64,000 nt of DNA from Eledone cirrhosa (Eukaryota). Below the pieces are notes generated by a model. It was given only the letters and a program-made list of their open reading frames with translations. It had not been told where the DNA came from and searched no databases. Positions within the stretch are counted from its first letter, which is position 1. Each line of letters opens with the position of its first letter. Shown here piece after piece: positions 37,801 to 50,970 of the stretch. The stretch spans positions 24,690 through 88,689 of the forward strand of contig CAXHJY010001209.1 in NCBI GenBank assembly GCA_964016885.1. The letters are read 5' to 3'. The position numbers were made by a program, and so were the translations under genes.

Positions 37801-40800
37801 CACCACTAGCAACACCACCAACACCACTAGCAACACCACCAACACCAACACCACTAGCAACACCACCCACACCACTAGCAACACCACCAACACCACTAGT
37901 AACACCACCAACACCAACACCACTAGCAACACCACCAACACCACTAGCAACACCACCAACACCACTAGCAACACCACCAACACCAACACCACTAGCAACA
38001 CCACCAACACCACTAGCAACACCACCAACACCACTAGCAACACCACCAACACCAACACCACTAGCAACACCACCAACACCAACACCACTAGCAACACCAC
38101 CCACACCACTAGCAACACCACCAACACCACTAGCAACACCACCAACACCAACACCACTAGCAACACCACCAACACCACTAGCAACACCACCAACACCACT
38201 AGCAACACCACCAACACCAACACCACTAGCAACACCACCAACACCACTAGCAACACCACCAACACCACTAGCAACACCACCAACACCAACACCACTAGCA
38301 ACACCACCCACACCACTAGCAACACCACCAACACCACTAGCAACACCACCAACACCACTAGCAACACCACCAACACCAACACCACTAGCAACACCACCCA
38401 CACCACTAGCAACACCACCAACACCACTAGCAACACCACCCACACCACTAGCAACACCACCAACACCACTAGCAACACCACCAACACCACTAGCAACACC
38501 ACCAACACCACTAGCAACACCACCAACACCAACACCACTAGCAACACCACCCACACCACTAGCAACACCACCAACACCACTAGCAACACCACCAACACCA
38601 CTAGCAACACCACCAACACCACCACCAACACCACCAACACCACTAGCAACACCACCAACACCAACACCACTAGCAACACCACCCACACCACTAGCAACAC
38701 CACCAACACCACTAGCAACACCACCAACACCACTAGCAACACCACCAACACCAACACCACTAGCAACACCACCAACACCACTAGCAACACCACCAACACC
38801 ACTAGCAACACCACCCACACCACTAGCAACACCACCAACACCACTAGCAACACCACCCACACCACTAGCAACACCACCAACACCACTAGCAACACCACCA
38901 ACACCACTAGCAACACCACCAACACCACTAGCAACACCACCAACACCAACACCACTAGCAACACCACCCACACCACTAGCAACACCACCAACACCACTAG
39001 CAACACCACCCACACCACTAGCAACACCACCAACACCACTAGCAACACCACCAACACCACTAGCAACACCACCAACACCAACACCACTAGCAACACCACC
39101 CACACCACTAGCAACACCACCAACACCAACACCACTAGCAACACCACCAACACCACTAGCAACACCACCAACACCAACACCACTAGCAACACCACCAACA
39201 CCACTAGCAACACCACCCACACCACTAGCAACACCACCAACACCACTAGCAACACCACCAACACCACTAGCAACACCACCAACACCACTAGCAACACCAC
39301 CAACACCAACACCACTAGCAACACCACCCACACCACTAGCAACACCACCAACACCAACACCACTAGCAACACCACCAACACCACTAGCAACACCACCAAC
39401 ACCAACACCACTAGCAACACCACCAACACCACTAGCAACACCACCAACACCACTAGCAACACCACCAACACCAACACCACTAGCAACACCACCCACACCA
39501 CTAGCAACACCACCAACACCACTAGCAACACCACCCACACCAACACCACTAGCAACACCACCAACACCACTAGCAACACCACCAACACCACTAGCAACAC
39601 CACCAACACCACTAGCAACACCACCAACACCACTAGCAACACCACCAACACCAACACCACTAGCAACACCACCAACACCAACACCACTAGCAACACCACC
39701 CACACCACTAGCAACACCACCAACACCACTAGCAACACCACCAACACCAACACCACTAGCAACACCACCCACACCACTAGCAACACCACCAACACCAACA
39801 CCACTAGCAACACCACCAACACCACTAGCAACACCACCAACACCACTAGCAACACCACCAACACCACTAGCAACACCACCAACACCACTAGCAACACCAC
39901 CAACACCCACACCACTAGCAACACCACCCACACCACTAGCAACACCACCGACACCACTAGCAACACCACCCACACCACTAGCAACACCACCAACACCACT
40001 AGCAACACCACCAACACCAACACCACTAGCAACACCACCCACACCACTAGCAACACCACCGACACCACTAGCAACACCACCCACACCACTAGCAACACCA
40101 CCCACACCACTAGCAACACCACCAACACCACTAGCAACACCACCAACACCAATACCACTAGCAACACCACCAACACCACTAGCAACACCACCAACACCAC
40201 TAGCAACACCACCAACACCACTAGCAACACCACCAACACCACTAGCAACACCACCAACACCAACACCACTAGCAACACCACCAACACCACTAGCAACACC
40301 ACCAACACCACTAGCAACACCACCAACACCACTAGCAACACCACCAACACCACTAGCAACACCACCAACACCAACACCACTAGCAACACCACCAACACCA
40401 ACACCACTAGCAACACCACCCACACCACTAGCAACACCACCAACACCACTAGCAACACCACCAACACCAACACCACTAGCAACACCACCCACACCACTAG
40501 CAACACCACCAACACCAACACCACTAGCAACACCACCAACACCACTAGCAACACCACCAACACCACTAGCAACACCACCAACACCACTAGCAACACCACC
40601 AACACCACTAGCAACACCACCCACACCACTAGCAACACCACCGACACCACTAGCAACACCACCCACACCACTAGCAACACCACCAACACCACTAGCAACA
40701 CCACCAACACCAACACCACTAGCAACACCACCCACACCACTAGCAACACCACCAACACCACTAGCAACACCACCAACACCAACACCACTAGCAACACCAC

Positions 40801-42140
40801 CCACACCACTAGCAACACCACCAACACCACTAGCAACACCACCAACACCACTAGCAACACCACCAACACCACTAGCAACACCACCAACACCACTAGCAAC
40901 ACCACCAACACCAACACCACTAGCAACACCACCCACACCACTAGCAACACCACCAACACCACTAGCAACACCACCCACACCACTAGCAACACCACCAACA
41001 CCACTAGCAACACCACCAACACCACTAGCAACACCACCAACACCACTAGCAACACCACCAACACCACTAGCAACACCACCAACACCAACACCACTAGCAA
41101 CACCACCCACACCACTAGCAACACCACCAACACCACTAGCAACACCACCCACACCACTAGCAACACCACCAACACCAACACCACTAGCAACACCACCCAC
41201 ACCACTAGCAACACCACCCACACCACTAGCAACACCACCAACACCACTAGCAACACCACCCACACCACTAGCAACACCACCAACACCACTAGCAACACCA
41301 CCCACACCACTAGCAACACCACCAACACCACTAGCAACACCACCAACACCACTAGCAACACCACCAACACCACTAGCAACACCACCAACACCACTAGCAA
41401 CACCACCAACACCAACACCACTAGCAACACCACCCACACCACTAGCAACACCACCAACACCAACACCACTAGCAACACCACCAACACCACTAGCAACACC
41501 ACCAACACCACTAGCAACACCACCAACACCACTAGCAACACCACCAACACCACTAGCAACACCACCCACACCACTAGCAACACCACCGACACCACTAGCA
41601 ACACCACCCACACCACTAGCAACACCACCAACACCACTAGCAACACCACCAACACCAACACCACTAGCAACACCACCCACACCACTAGCAACACCACCAA
41701 CACCACTAGCAACACCACCAACACCAACACCACTAGCAACACCACCCACACCACTAGCAACACCACCAACACCACTAGCAACACCACCAACACCACTAGC
41801 AACACCACCAACACCACTAGCAACACCACCAACACCACTAGCAACACCACCAACACCAACACCACTAGCAACACCACCCACACCACTAGCAACACCACCA
41901 ACACCACTAGCAACACCACCCACACCACTAGCAACACCACCAACACCACTAGCAACACCACCAACACCACTAGCAACACCACCAACACCAATACCACTAG
42001 CAACACCACCCACACCACTAGCAACACCACCCACACCACTAGCAACACCACCCACACCACTAGCAACACCACCAACACCACTAGCAACACCACCAACACC
42101 ACTAGCAACACCACCAACACCAACACCACTAGCAACACCG
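34835..42140. repeat. 21-bp satellite (CCACTAGCAACACCACCAACA) with 27- and 15-bp variants, ~7.3 kb
   Basis: Tandem array sharing the CCACTAGCAACACC core with the upstream 18-mer array. Confidence 0.97.
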
Positions 42141-42219
42141 CCAATACCATCAACAAGAGCACCAAAACCATTATTATTAACAATACCATTGCGTTTGTTT
42201 TATGGGGGAGATGGTTGTT

Positions 42220-43005
42220 GTAGTGATGGTTGCACTAGTGCTGTTAGTTGTACTAATGGTTGCATTGGTGGTTTTGTTAGTAAAAGTATTGTTAGTGTTG
42301 GTTGTGTTAGTGGTGTTGGTAGCGTTGCTTGTGGTAGTGATGGTTGCACTAGTGCTGTTAGTGGTGATGGTTTCTTTGTTAGTAAAAGTAGTGTTAGTGG
42401 CGGTAGTGTTAGTGTTGTTGGTAGCGTTGGTTGTGGTAGTGATGGTTGCACTAGTGCTGTTAGTGGTGATGGTTTCTTTGTTAGTAAAAGTAGTGTTAGT
42501 GGCGGTAGTGTTAGTGTTGTTGGTAGCGTTGGTTGTGGTAGTGGTGTTGGTAGCGTTGCTTGTGGTAGTGATGGTTGCACTAGTGCTGTTAGTGGTGATG
42601 GTTTCTTTGTTAGTAAAAGTAGTGTTAGTGGCGGTAGTGTTAGTGTTGTTGGTAGCGTTGGTTGTGGTAGTGATGGTTGCACTAGTGCTGTTAGTGGTGA
42701 TGGTTTCTTTGTTAGTAAAAGTAGTGTTAGTGGCGGTAGTGTTAGTGTTGTTGGTAGCGTTGGTTGTGGTAGTGATGGTTGCACTAGTGCTGTTAGTGGT
42801 GATGGTTTCTTTGTTAGTAAAAGTAGTGTTAGTGGCGGTAGTGTTAGTGTTGTTGGTAGCGTTGGTTGTGGTAGTGGTGTTGGTAGCGTTGCTTGTGGTA
42901 GTGATGGTTGCACTAGTGCTGTTAGTGGTGATGGTTTCTTTGTCAGTAAAAGTAGTGTTAGTGGCGGTAGTGTTAGTGTTGTTGGTAGCGTTGGTTGTGG
43001 TAGTG
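42220..43005. repeat. 102/129-bp minisatellite
   Basis: TGGTTGCACT recurs at 42341, 42443, 42572, 42674, 42776 and 42905 (spacing 102, 129, 102, 102, 129). Confidence 0.92.
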
Positions 43006-43040
43006 ATTATAGTAGGAATTTTATTGATGGTGCTAATGGT

Positions 43041-43130
43041 GACAAGTCATTCCCGTGGCTAAAGAAGGGTGGTCTGAAAAAAGAGACAAAGGACTTAATA
43101 CCTGAGGCCAACAGAGGAACCAGACAAAAT
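43041..43130 (+). pseudogene. R4/Dong-like non-LTR retrotransposon remnant
   Basis: Peptide DKSFPWLKKGGLKKETKDLIPEA resembles the SxxWLxxGxLKxETEGLIxAAQ motif that precedes the zinc knuckle in RLE elements. Confidence 0.55.
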
Positions 43131-44109
43131 GACGATCACCTAAACTACCAAGGACGACAGTTCTCTTCCGTTTGACTTACGTTGTACCTATCAGCACCCG
43201 GTACTACAACCAGCATCACTACTGTTATCATTCTTATCAGATGCTCCTATCACATCAAGTACCACTACAAATACAATGCAAACTATCAACACCACCGCCA
43301 ACACTAACAACTCCACCACCAATACCACCAACATCACCACCAACACCACCACCACTACCACCACCAACACCACCACTACCAACACGACCACCACCACCAC
43401 CACTACCACCACCACCACCAACACCACCACCACTACCACCACCAACACCACCACTACCAACACGACCACCACCACCACCACTACCACCACCACCACCAAC
43501 ACCACCACCACCACCTTCACCACCAACACCACCACCACTACCACCACAACCACTACCACCACAACCACCACCACCATCTTCCCACCACAACCAACTTCAC
43601 ACCACCGCTACCTTCATACTTCTACCACCACCAAGTTCACACCACCACCACCACCTTCATACCTCTACCACCACATTTACACCAACACCACCATCTTCAA
43701 ACCACCACCCTCCACACACACACACCGCCCCCTTCACACTACCCCCAACACCTTCACCTTAATTACCAACTAATCTAACAACCATCTCCACCACTCAGTC
43801 CTACCATAAAGTACATTATCAAGATATGACTTATCACCTGTCATCAGTAAAATACTTATAGTAGCCGGCATGTTGCTCTCCTGCCATCAATATCAAGGCT
43901 TCTTTCAAGTGATAACTCCGTATCTACTGAACCTTCAGTACAATTATATAAATAACTACATAGAGCAGCACACACACTTAACAGGAAAATATGCATTTAG
44001 TAGACTTTCATGTTGGCAGACATGTTTGTTTGGATGTAAGTACGTTATATATATATATATGTATATATACATGTGTGTGTGTGTATACATATATATACAT
44101 ATATATATG

Positions 44110-44140
<31 letters not shown>

Positions 44141-44144
44141 ATAC

Positions 44145-44208
<64 letters not shown>

Positions 44209-44239
44209 GTGTGTGTGTGTATACATATATATACATATA

Positions 44240-44286
<47 letters not shown>

Positions 44287-44346
44287 ATACATATGTATAT
44301 ATATATATATATATATACATGTGTGTGTGTGTATACATATATATAC

Positions 44347-44377
<31 letters not shown>

Positions 44378-44755
44378 TGCATATATATGTATATATATAT
44401 ATATATATATACATGCATATATATGTATATATATATAGAGAGAGAGAGAGAGACAGACAGACAAAGACAGAGAGAGGCGAGAGAGAAAGACAGACAAAGA
44501 CAGAGAGAGGCGAGAGAGACAGACACATATATATGTATATGTGTCTGTGTATTTATTGCAGACGTTATTCTCTGCTGCTACTCTGCATTTTCCGTGTCTA
44601 TGACAACCCCCAACTTTCAATAATAACAGGCAGTAACCCTAAGCAACAATAGATATTTACACTCTAGATCCGTAATGAGTACTTTTTTACTTGTAAACTC
44701 TAATGAAACAATATAAAAGAATCCTGAACTTCAAACACCTATATATATATATATT

Positions 44756-44786
<31 letters not shown>

Positions 44787-44968
44787 TTATATATTTATTT
44801 ATTTATTAAAATAACAGACTAAAGTTTTAGCAAAGAATCGCTGCTTTCACCCTTAACGGGATCTTCTGGCTTCTTATATATTTGATATATAATTATCCTT
44901 ATCGAGCCCTCTTTGGATTTTAGATTTTAGTCTTCACATTTATTATTATTACTATATATATATATATA

Positions 44969-45065
44969 CAGGGTTTTCCAAAAAATGTAAACACATTTTT
45001 ATTACCTGTACAGGTAATATTTATTTGAATGCTGTTGAAGTGTGTATACATTTTTGGGGACACTA
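44969..45065. mobile_element. ~97-bp Tc1/mariner-type MITE
   Basis: TA|CAGGGTTTTCCAAAAAATGTAAACACA...TGTGTATACATTTTTGGGGACACTA|TA imperfect TIRs; internal 20-bp palindrome at 45000-45019. Confidence 0.65.
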
Positions 45066-45170
45066 TATATACACACATATATATATATGTCGTAATTGTA
45101 CCTTGAAACTTTAGGTAGCGTTTTTGTTCCGTGTATGAAAATAATTAGATAAATAAATAAATATATATGT

Positions 45171-45208
<38 letters not shown>

Positions 45209-45557
45209 TTGACAGCTGAGAGAAAAGAGTATTCAATACCGAAGTATAGTTGAAATATTCATTTTGTTAAGGCTAAATAGAGAATCTTTTAACTGTGGAA
45301 TTTCTATATATAACTAGAACAATTTATCGCTAGGCACCAAACCCTTTTGAGACTAGAGACATTAATTCATCTACAATGAAGAATTATGTATTGAAGAAAG
45401 GTGGGACACTATTAAAATTAAGATAAGGTTCCACCAGGATCTGAACTTCGATAGATTTGAGTCATTAGAATGGCAAGAATATCTTAAAGACATTTGTCTC
45501 TGTAGCCATCTGTTGTTTATAGACGTGAAATACTGATTACCATTATTTTCACTCGTC

Positions 45558-45746
45558 GTTTGGTGGTGGTTTGGCAGTAATCGGTAGAGCGTCAGACACC
45601 ATGCTTTGCAGTATAGTTATGGCCCTTTGTGTTCTGAATTCAAATCCCGCCGAGGTTAACTTTGCCTTTCATCCTTACAGGGTCGATAAAATAAAGTACC
45701 AGTAATGTACTGGGTAATTGCTGTCCTTGTGCCTAAAGTAAAAACA
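45558..45746 (+). mobile_element. Full-length SINE family 1 with 16-bp TSD
   Basis: A box TGGCAGTAATCGG, B box-like GAATTCAAATCC. TSD ATTATTTTCACTCGTC at 45542-45557 and 45747-45762. Confidence 0.92.
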
Positions 45747-46387
45747 ATTATTTTCACTCGTCATTATAACGGAATCTTCCACAAACCCTTTATTTATATT
45801 GTGTATTATGATACTAGCAGACTATACTGAAATCAATGCCGGTTTAAACTGTGTCAGTAGGTAAGACCTTATTTTTGGCAAGATAGTGCATCTGACCCTT
45901 AAAATGACTACCGACATTAAGGCAGATAAATAAATCAATGCTAAGTTCTTTGATAACTGAAACTTCCTTTGTATCAATATCTCCAAACTCTGGGAGAAAC
46001 TCCGAGTAAGGCATACAGAACACGAAAATACAACAAAGATTATGTTTGTGTGTATGTGGTGTGTGTGTATGTATGTTGTGTGTGTGTATGTGGTGTGTGT
46101 ATATGGTGTCTCTGTGTGTGTATGTGTGCGTGTGTGTATGTGCGTCTACATGTGTAAGTACGTGTGTGTGATTGTATGTATACTTAGTGTTTAATTATAT
46201 TTTTGTACGTGCATCTTTCTCTCTCGCTGTTTACACACACACATACACACACACACACCTATATATATATGTGTGTGTGTCTGTGCATAAATATACATTT
46301 GTAAACACTCATATAGAGGCCTATATACATATGGACATATGGACATACATACAATTATATAAATATATATAGATATAAGTATAGATA

Positions 46388-46483
<96 letters not shown>

Positions 46484-46504
46484 TACATATATATATATAT
46501 ATAC

Positions 46505-46542
<38 letters not shown>

Positions 46543-46553
46543 GTGTCTATATA

Positions 46554-46585
<32 letters not shown>

Positions 46586-46589
46586 CGTG

Positions 46590-46640
<51 letters not shown>

Positions 46641-47065
46641 GTACAGTAACATATGCCCAGCTGTATTTACGTATATAACAACACACAGATTCACAAATAT
46701 ACACAAACATACAAACACACATATAAATATATATGTGGACCAATATATACACATAAGAGAGAAATAACCTATGTCAGGGGTTTAATAACATGGTTGTGTT
46801 ATTATATTAAAACACCTGACAAAATAGAAAATTACGATCAGCACCATATTATCATCATCATCATCATCATTATCACTACTAGCACTACTCCGATCAGTGT
46901 TAGCCCCACCGCATACACACTCCGACACCACCACCATCATCTTGCCGCAGTCCCTCGCCTTTCTTAATTACAGAACCAAAATATTTCCCAAATCCCACTC
47001 GAAATTTTTAAGTAAAGGATTCATTGGACATTGTATTGTTCGGTGTACAAAAATATTGGACGTTT

Positions 47066-47101
47066 GCAGCTGACGAGGTCGAATAAGATCGAAACGTTTG
47101 C
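47066..47101 (+). ncRNA. Minimal hammerhead-like motif, helix I imperfect
   Basis: GCAG CUGACGA GGUC-GAAUAA-GAUC GAA ACGU U UGC. Confidence 0.6.
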
Positions 47102-47442
47102 TTTGTTGTTTCCTTTAATTGGAGAAATAATTGAAACAAACAGGATCCGTGGAAAATCTATGTTTTATAGAATGTCTTATTTCTATTTTGATCCATAAAT
47201 TCAATCGTCTTCATAACATCGTGCCATTGTGTTAAAGATTCCGATTATGTATTCAATTTAGTTCCATAGTTAACCTTAACTAATTACGGCGTAACACTCG
47301 AACACAACGACCTCCTAACAAGTAAAATATAGAAATCGTTATTAACTATTGACTAATTCTGTTTTATCGTGACGGTATAATTATTTCTAATTACATCCAC
47401 ATATCCACAACGCTCATATTCAAACAGACCCACATACGTGTG

Positions 47443-47498
<56 letters not shown>

Positions 47499-47506
47499 TA
47501 TATATG

Positions 47507-47832
47507 CGATGGTCGGTTGAGAAGTTTATGGGCTGTAAAATTCATAAGCTGACCAAGATACTCTCATGGAACAACCAAATGAGGTTTATTGTTCACCATA
47601 GTCCTTGGAAAGAAACAATGCAGTTATTAATAACAAAAGCTGAAATTAATTCAAGCAAGATTTCACAGGCTGACCAAGATACTCTCATGGAATGATCAAA
47701 TGAGGTATATTTTTCAACATAGTCCCTGGAAAGAAATAGTGCAGTTATTAATAAGAAAAGTTGAAATTAATTCAAGCAAGATTTCACAGCTCTAGCATCA
47801 CTCCTTCATAGGCTGAGCAAGATTTCACAGCT
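47507..47832 (-). mobile_element. Mariner-derived MITE with an internal ~120-bp tandem duplication
   Basis: Reverse complement of 61126-61319. The block GCTGACCAAGATACTCTCATGGAA..CAAGATTTCACAG occurs twice (from ~47548 and ~47669). Confidence 0.8.
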
Positions 47833-48059
47833 AATATCGAACTGCATGCAGTGGATAATGTTATGTCATTCGTATGCTGTTTGAGTTCACAGAGTTGCCA
47901 CATCCGAAATATATTCTTCATCACCCATAACAGATCCGCTATCAGTATGTTTATTTCTGTGTTTTCTGATATTACAGACACACCCAGATTGAACAGAAAT
48001 ATATCACGCCTTGCAGAGTCACCAGAACAACATTAGTGAATACCTCCTTCTTTTAATAC

Positions 48060-48350
48060 GATACATTTTGCTTTGAGGGAGATTGGGCTGCTATTTCTAG
48101 CAAGTTGAGTGACTACGTAAAGGCTTCCTCGTTGACTCGTTTGTGATGATGGAAATGAGATTGTTGTTGTCGCTGCTGCTGCTGTTGCTGTTGCTGTTGC
48201 TGTTGTTGTTAAACCCCTGGTCGGTTCTGATTTAAGAGAACTACGATCAAATGCATGCCAGCCATAAACCTGCTGTCCACAATGGAGGACATAGTGTACT
48301 CCGGACTGCCATCTATTGGCTTTCTTAAGAGGGTAAGGTGTCATTTGATG
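48060..48350. repeat. Old dispersed repeat (TTGAGGGAGATT..GCTGCTATTTCTAGCA motif); relatives near 8875-8940, 9040-9090, 10565-10750 and 49500-49570
   Basis: Recurrent diverged motif on both strands; class unknown. Confidence 0.5.
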
Positions 48351-48355
48351 GAGAT

Positions 48356-48445
48356 TGCCTTTCATCCTTACGGGGTCGATAAAATAAAGTACCAGTAATA
48401 CACTGGGATAATTGCTGGCCTTGTGCCAAAAGTAGAAACAACTAT
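48356..48445 (+). mobile_element. 5'-truncated SINE family 1
   Basis: TTGCCTTTCATCCTTACGGGGTCGATAAAATAAAGTACCAG..AGTAGAAACAA. Confidence 0.88.
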
Positions 48446-48847
48446 GTAGACGAGATGTTTAAAAATCGTTGGATTGATATTAGCTGCAATTTACTTGCCC
48501 TTTAGTGTAGGGGTTAACGCACTTGTTCGGCATCTGAAATATAAGGGTTCGATTTATCACAGGTGCCTTTGTTTTCTTTGTTTCTATCTCCAGAATACTT
48601 TACCCGATCTTGTCAACTATTATCTACAGAGATCCACTGTTATTGTTAGGACGCACACATTTTCTGTTTCACATAATGGTTTAGATATTGTTATGGTGGG
48701 GGGGGGGCTACTGGTGGTGGTGGTGGTGGTGGTGGTGGTGGTGGTGGTGGTAGTAGTAGTAGTAGTGGTAGCAGTAGTAGTAGTAGTAGCAGTAGTAGTA
48801 GTAATATTAGTAGTAGTAGTAGCAGTAGTAGTAGTAATAATAGTAGC

Positions 48848-48880
<33 letters not shown>

Positions 48881-49281
48881 GGTAGTAGTAGTAGTATTAG
48901 TAGTAGTAGTAATATTAGTAGTAGTAGTAGCAGTAGTAGTAGTAGTAGTAGTAGTAATAATAGTAGCAGTAGTAGTAGTAGTGGTGGTGGTGGTACTAGT
49001 AGTAGTAGCAGTAGCAGTAGTAGCAGTAGTAGTAGTAGTAGTAGTAATGTTTATTTAAGCTTTCAATATCCCTTTGCTTGCATTTGTCTTTTTTCTTTAT
49101 ATTTTACCCTATTTAAAAAAGAAAAAAAATTGGCGTCATTGCTTCATTAACGACTGGCGTCACCTGCAATTTAATTAGACTGACGTCACCACCACCACCA
49201 CTACTACTACTACTACTGCTGCTACTACTACTACTACTACTACTGCTGCTCTTGCTACTGCTGCTACTACTACTACTGCTG

Positions 49282-49313
<32 letters not shown>

Positions 49314-49350
49314 GCTGCTCTTGCTACTGCTGCTACTACTACTACTGCTG

Positions 49351-49402
<52 letters not shown>

Positions 49403-49630
49403 AGGTTCCGCCACTAACAATACCACTAAGAGTTCTAACACTATTACCTCAACATCCACCACAATAGCTACAACCAATTCTTAAAACATAGTCTTTCTGT
49501 TTGCCTGCTTGATTTGTTAGAAATAATAGCTAAAACTCCTTTAAATTACACTCTTTGGTCTTTAAACATGAAGGATAATTGATTTTTTTTTACTCAATTT
49601 CATTTTATCTATCTTCATTATTATGTGTAG

Positions 49631-49737
49631 GATGAAAGGCCGAGGTTAACTTTGCCTTTCATCCTTACAGGATCGATAAAATAAAGTACCAGTAATATAC
49701 TGGTATAATTGCTGGCCTTGTACCAAAAGTAGAAACA
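49631..49737 (+). mobile_element. 5'-truncated SINE family 1 with a short inverted 5' addition and TSD
   Basis: TSD ATTATTATG(T/C)GTAG at 49617-49630 and 49738-49751. AGGATGAAAGGC (49629-49640) is the reverse complement of 49654-49665. Confidence 0.88.
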
Positions 49738-49856
49738 ATTATTATGCGTAGTTAAATATTCCAACGAAGCTTGCATTAATTATAACGACACAAATCCTAC
49801 ATAACTCACCAATACATAGTAAAGACACTATAGGATAACAGCTAGATTAGTCTCCA

Positions 49857-50425
49857 AATATCAGTCGTTCCCCGACAGGTTTGTGGTGGAGCCCGTAGCA
49901 GTGAGGACTTCTAGTGTCCTCGGCCCTACGGCCACTTCCCTACTCACCACCATCAGCTTCTGGTGTCCTTGGCCCTACGACCACCTCTCTACTTGCCACC
50001 ATCAGCTTCTGGTGTCCTTGACCCTGGGACCACCTCCCTACTCACCACCATCAGCTTCTGGTGTCCTTGGCCCTGGGACCACCTCCCTACTCACCACCAT
50101 CAGCTTCTGGTGTCCTTGGCCCTAGGACCACCACCCTACTCACCACCATCAGCTTCTGGTGTCCTTGGCCCTAGGACCACCTCCCTACTTGCCATCAGCT
50201 TCTGGTGTCTTTGGCCCTACGACCACCACCCTACTCACCACCATCAGCTTCTGGTGTCCTTGGCCCTAGGACCACCTCCCTACTTGCCATCAGCTTCTGG
50301 TGTCCTTGACCCTACGACCACCTCCCTACTTACCACCATCGGCTTCTGGTGTCCTTGGCCCTACGACCACCTCCCTACTTACCACCATCGGCTTCTGGTG
50401 TCCTTGGCCCTACGACCACCATCAG
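49857..50425 (+). repeat. 49-bp (46-bp variant) minisatellite amplified from a CRE-like retrotransposon fragment
   Basis: Units start at 49908, 49957, 50006, 50055, 50104, 50153, 50199, 50248, 50294, 50343 and 50392. The lead-in translates KYQSFPDRFVVEPVAVRTSSVLGP. Confidence 0.85.
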
Positions 50426-50745
50426 TTACGAGCTCGGTTCTTTCCGTAGAGGGAGAGAAACCCCGCTCGTATTTACTGCGTGTGTGGGTGTTTATATGTG
50501 TTTGTGAGTGTTTGTATACATATTTGTATTAGCATTCGCACGTTTGCGTAATGGGGGATATGTGTGTGTGTATATATATGTGTAAATGTGTTTGTGCGAA
50601 TGTTTCTCTATGAATGTATGTGTATATCCACAAAAAGTTTCGGAACAAAAATGAAAACCAAAAAAAAAAACACAGATAAACAACAAAGGTATACAAGTGT
50701 ATAACGTAAATTAATTTTACTCAGCAAGAAAGAAACAGAGAAGAG

Positions 50746-50780
50746 TTTAACGTTTCGCACAGTGGGCCATCGTCAAGAAA
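50746..50780 (-). ncRNA. Degenerate pLTR hammerhead-like motif
   Basis: Minus strand UUGACGA UGGCCCACUGUGC GAAACGU U AAA. Confidence 0.4.
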
Positions 50781-50857
50781 AAAAAGGAAAGGAAGAAAAA
50801 ACACCGCCACGAAACCCAGCATCACCACCATCTCTACCAACAATAACAACAGCATGC

Positions 50858-50970
<113 letters not shown>

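Noticed and set aside
31634-43175. Giant ORFs of 3473, 2793, 2455 and 1021 aa (GVAS, TPLATPP and LVV repeats) as silk, mucin or extensin genes
   Set aside because: Several frames on both strands are open at once because the satellite lacks stops. There is no signal peptide, unique domain or splice evidence.
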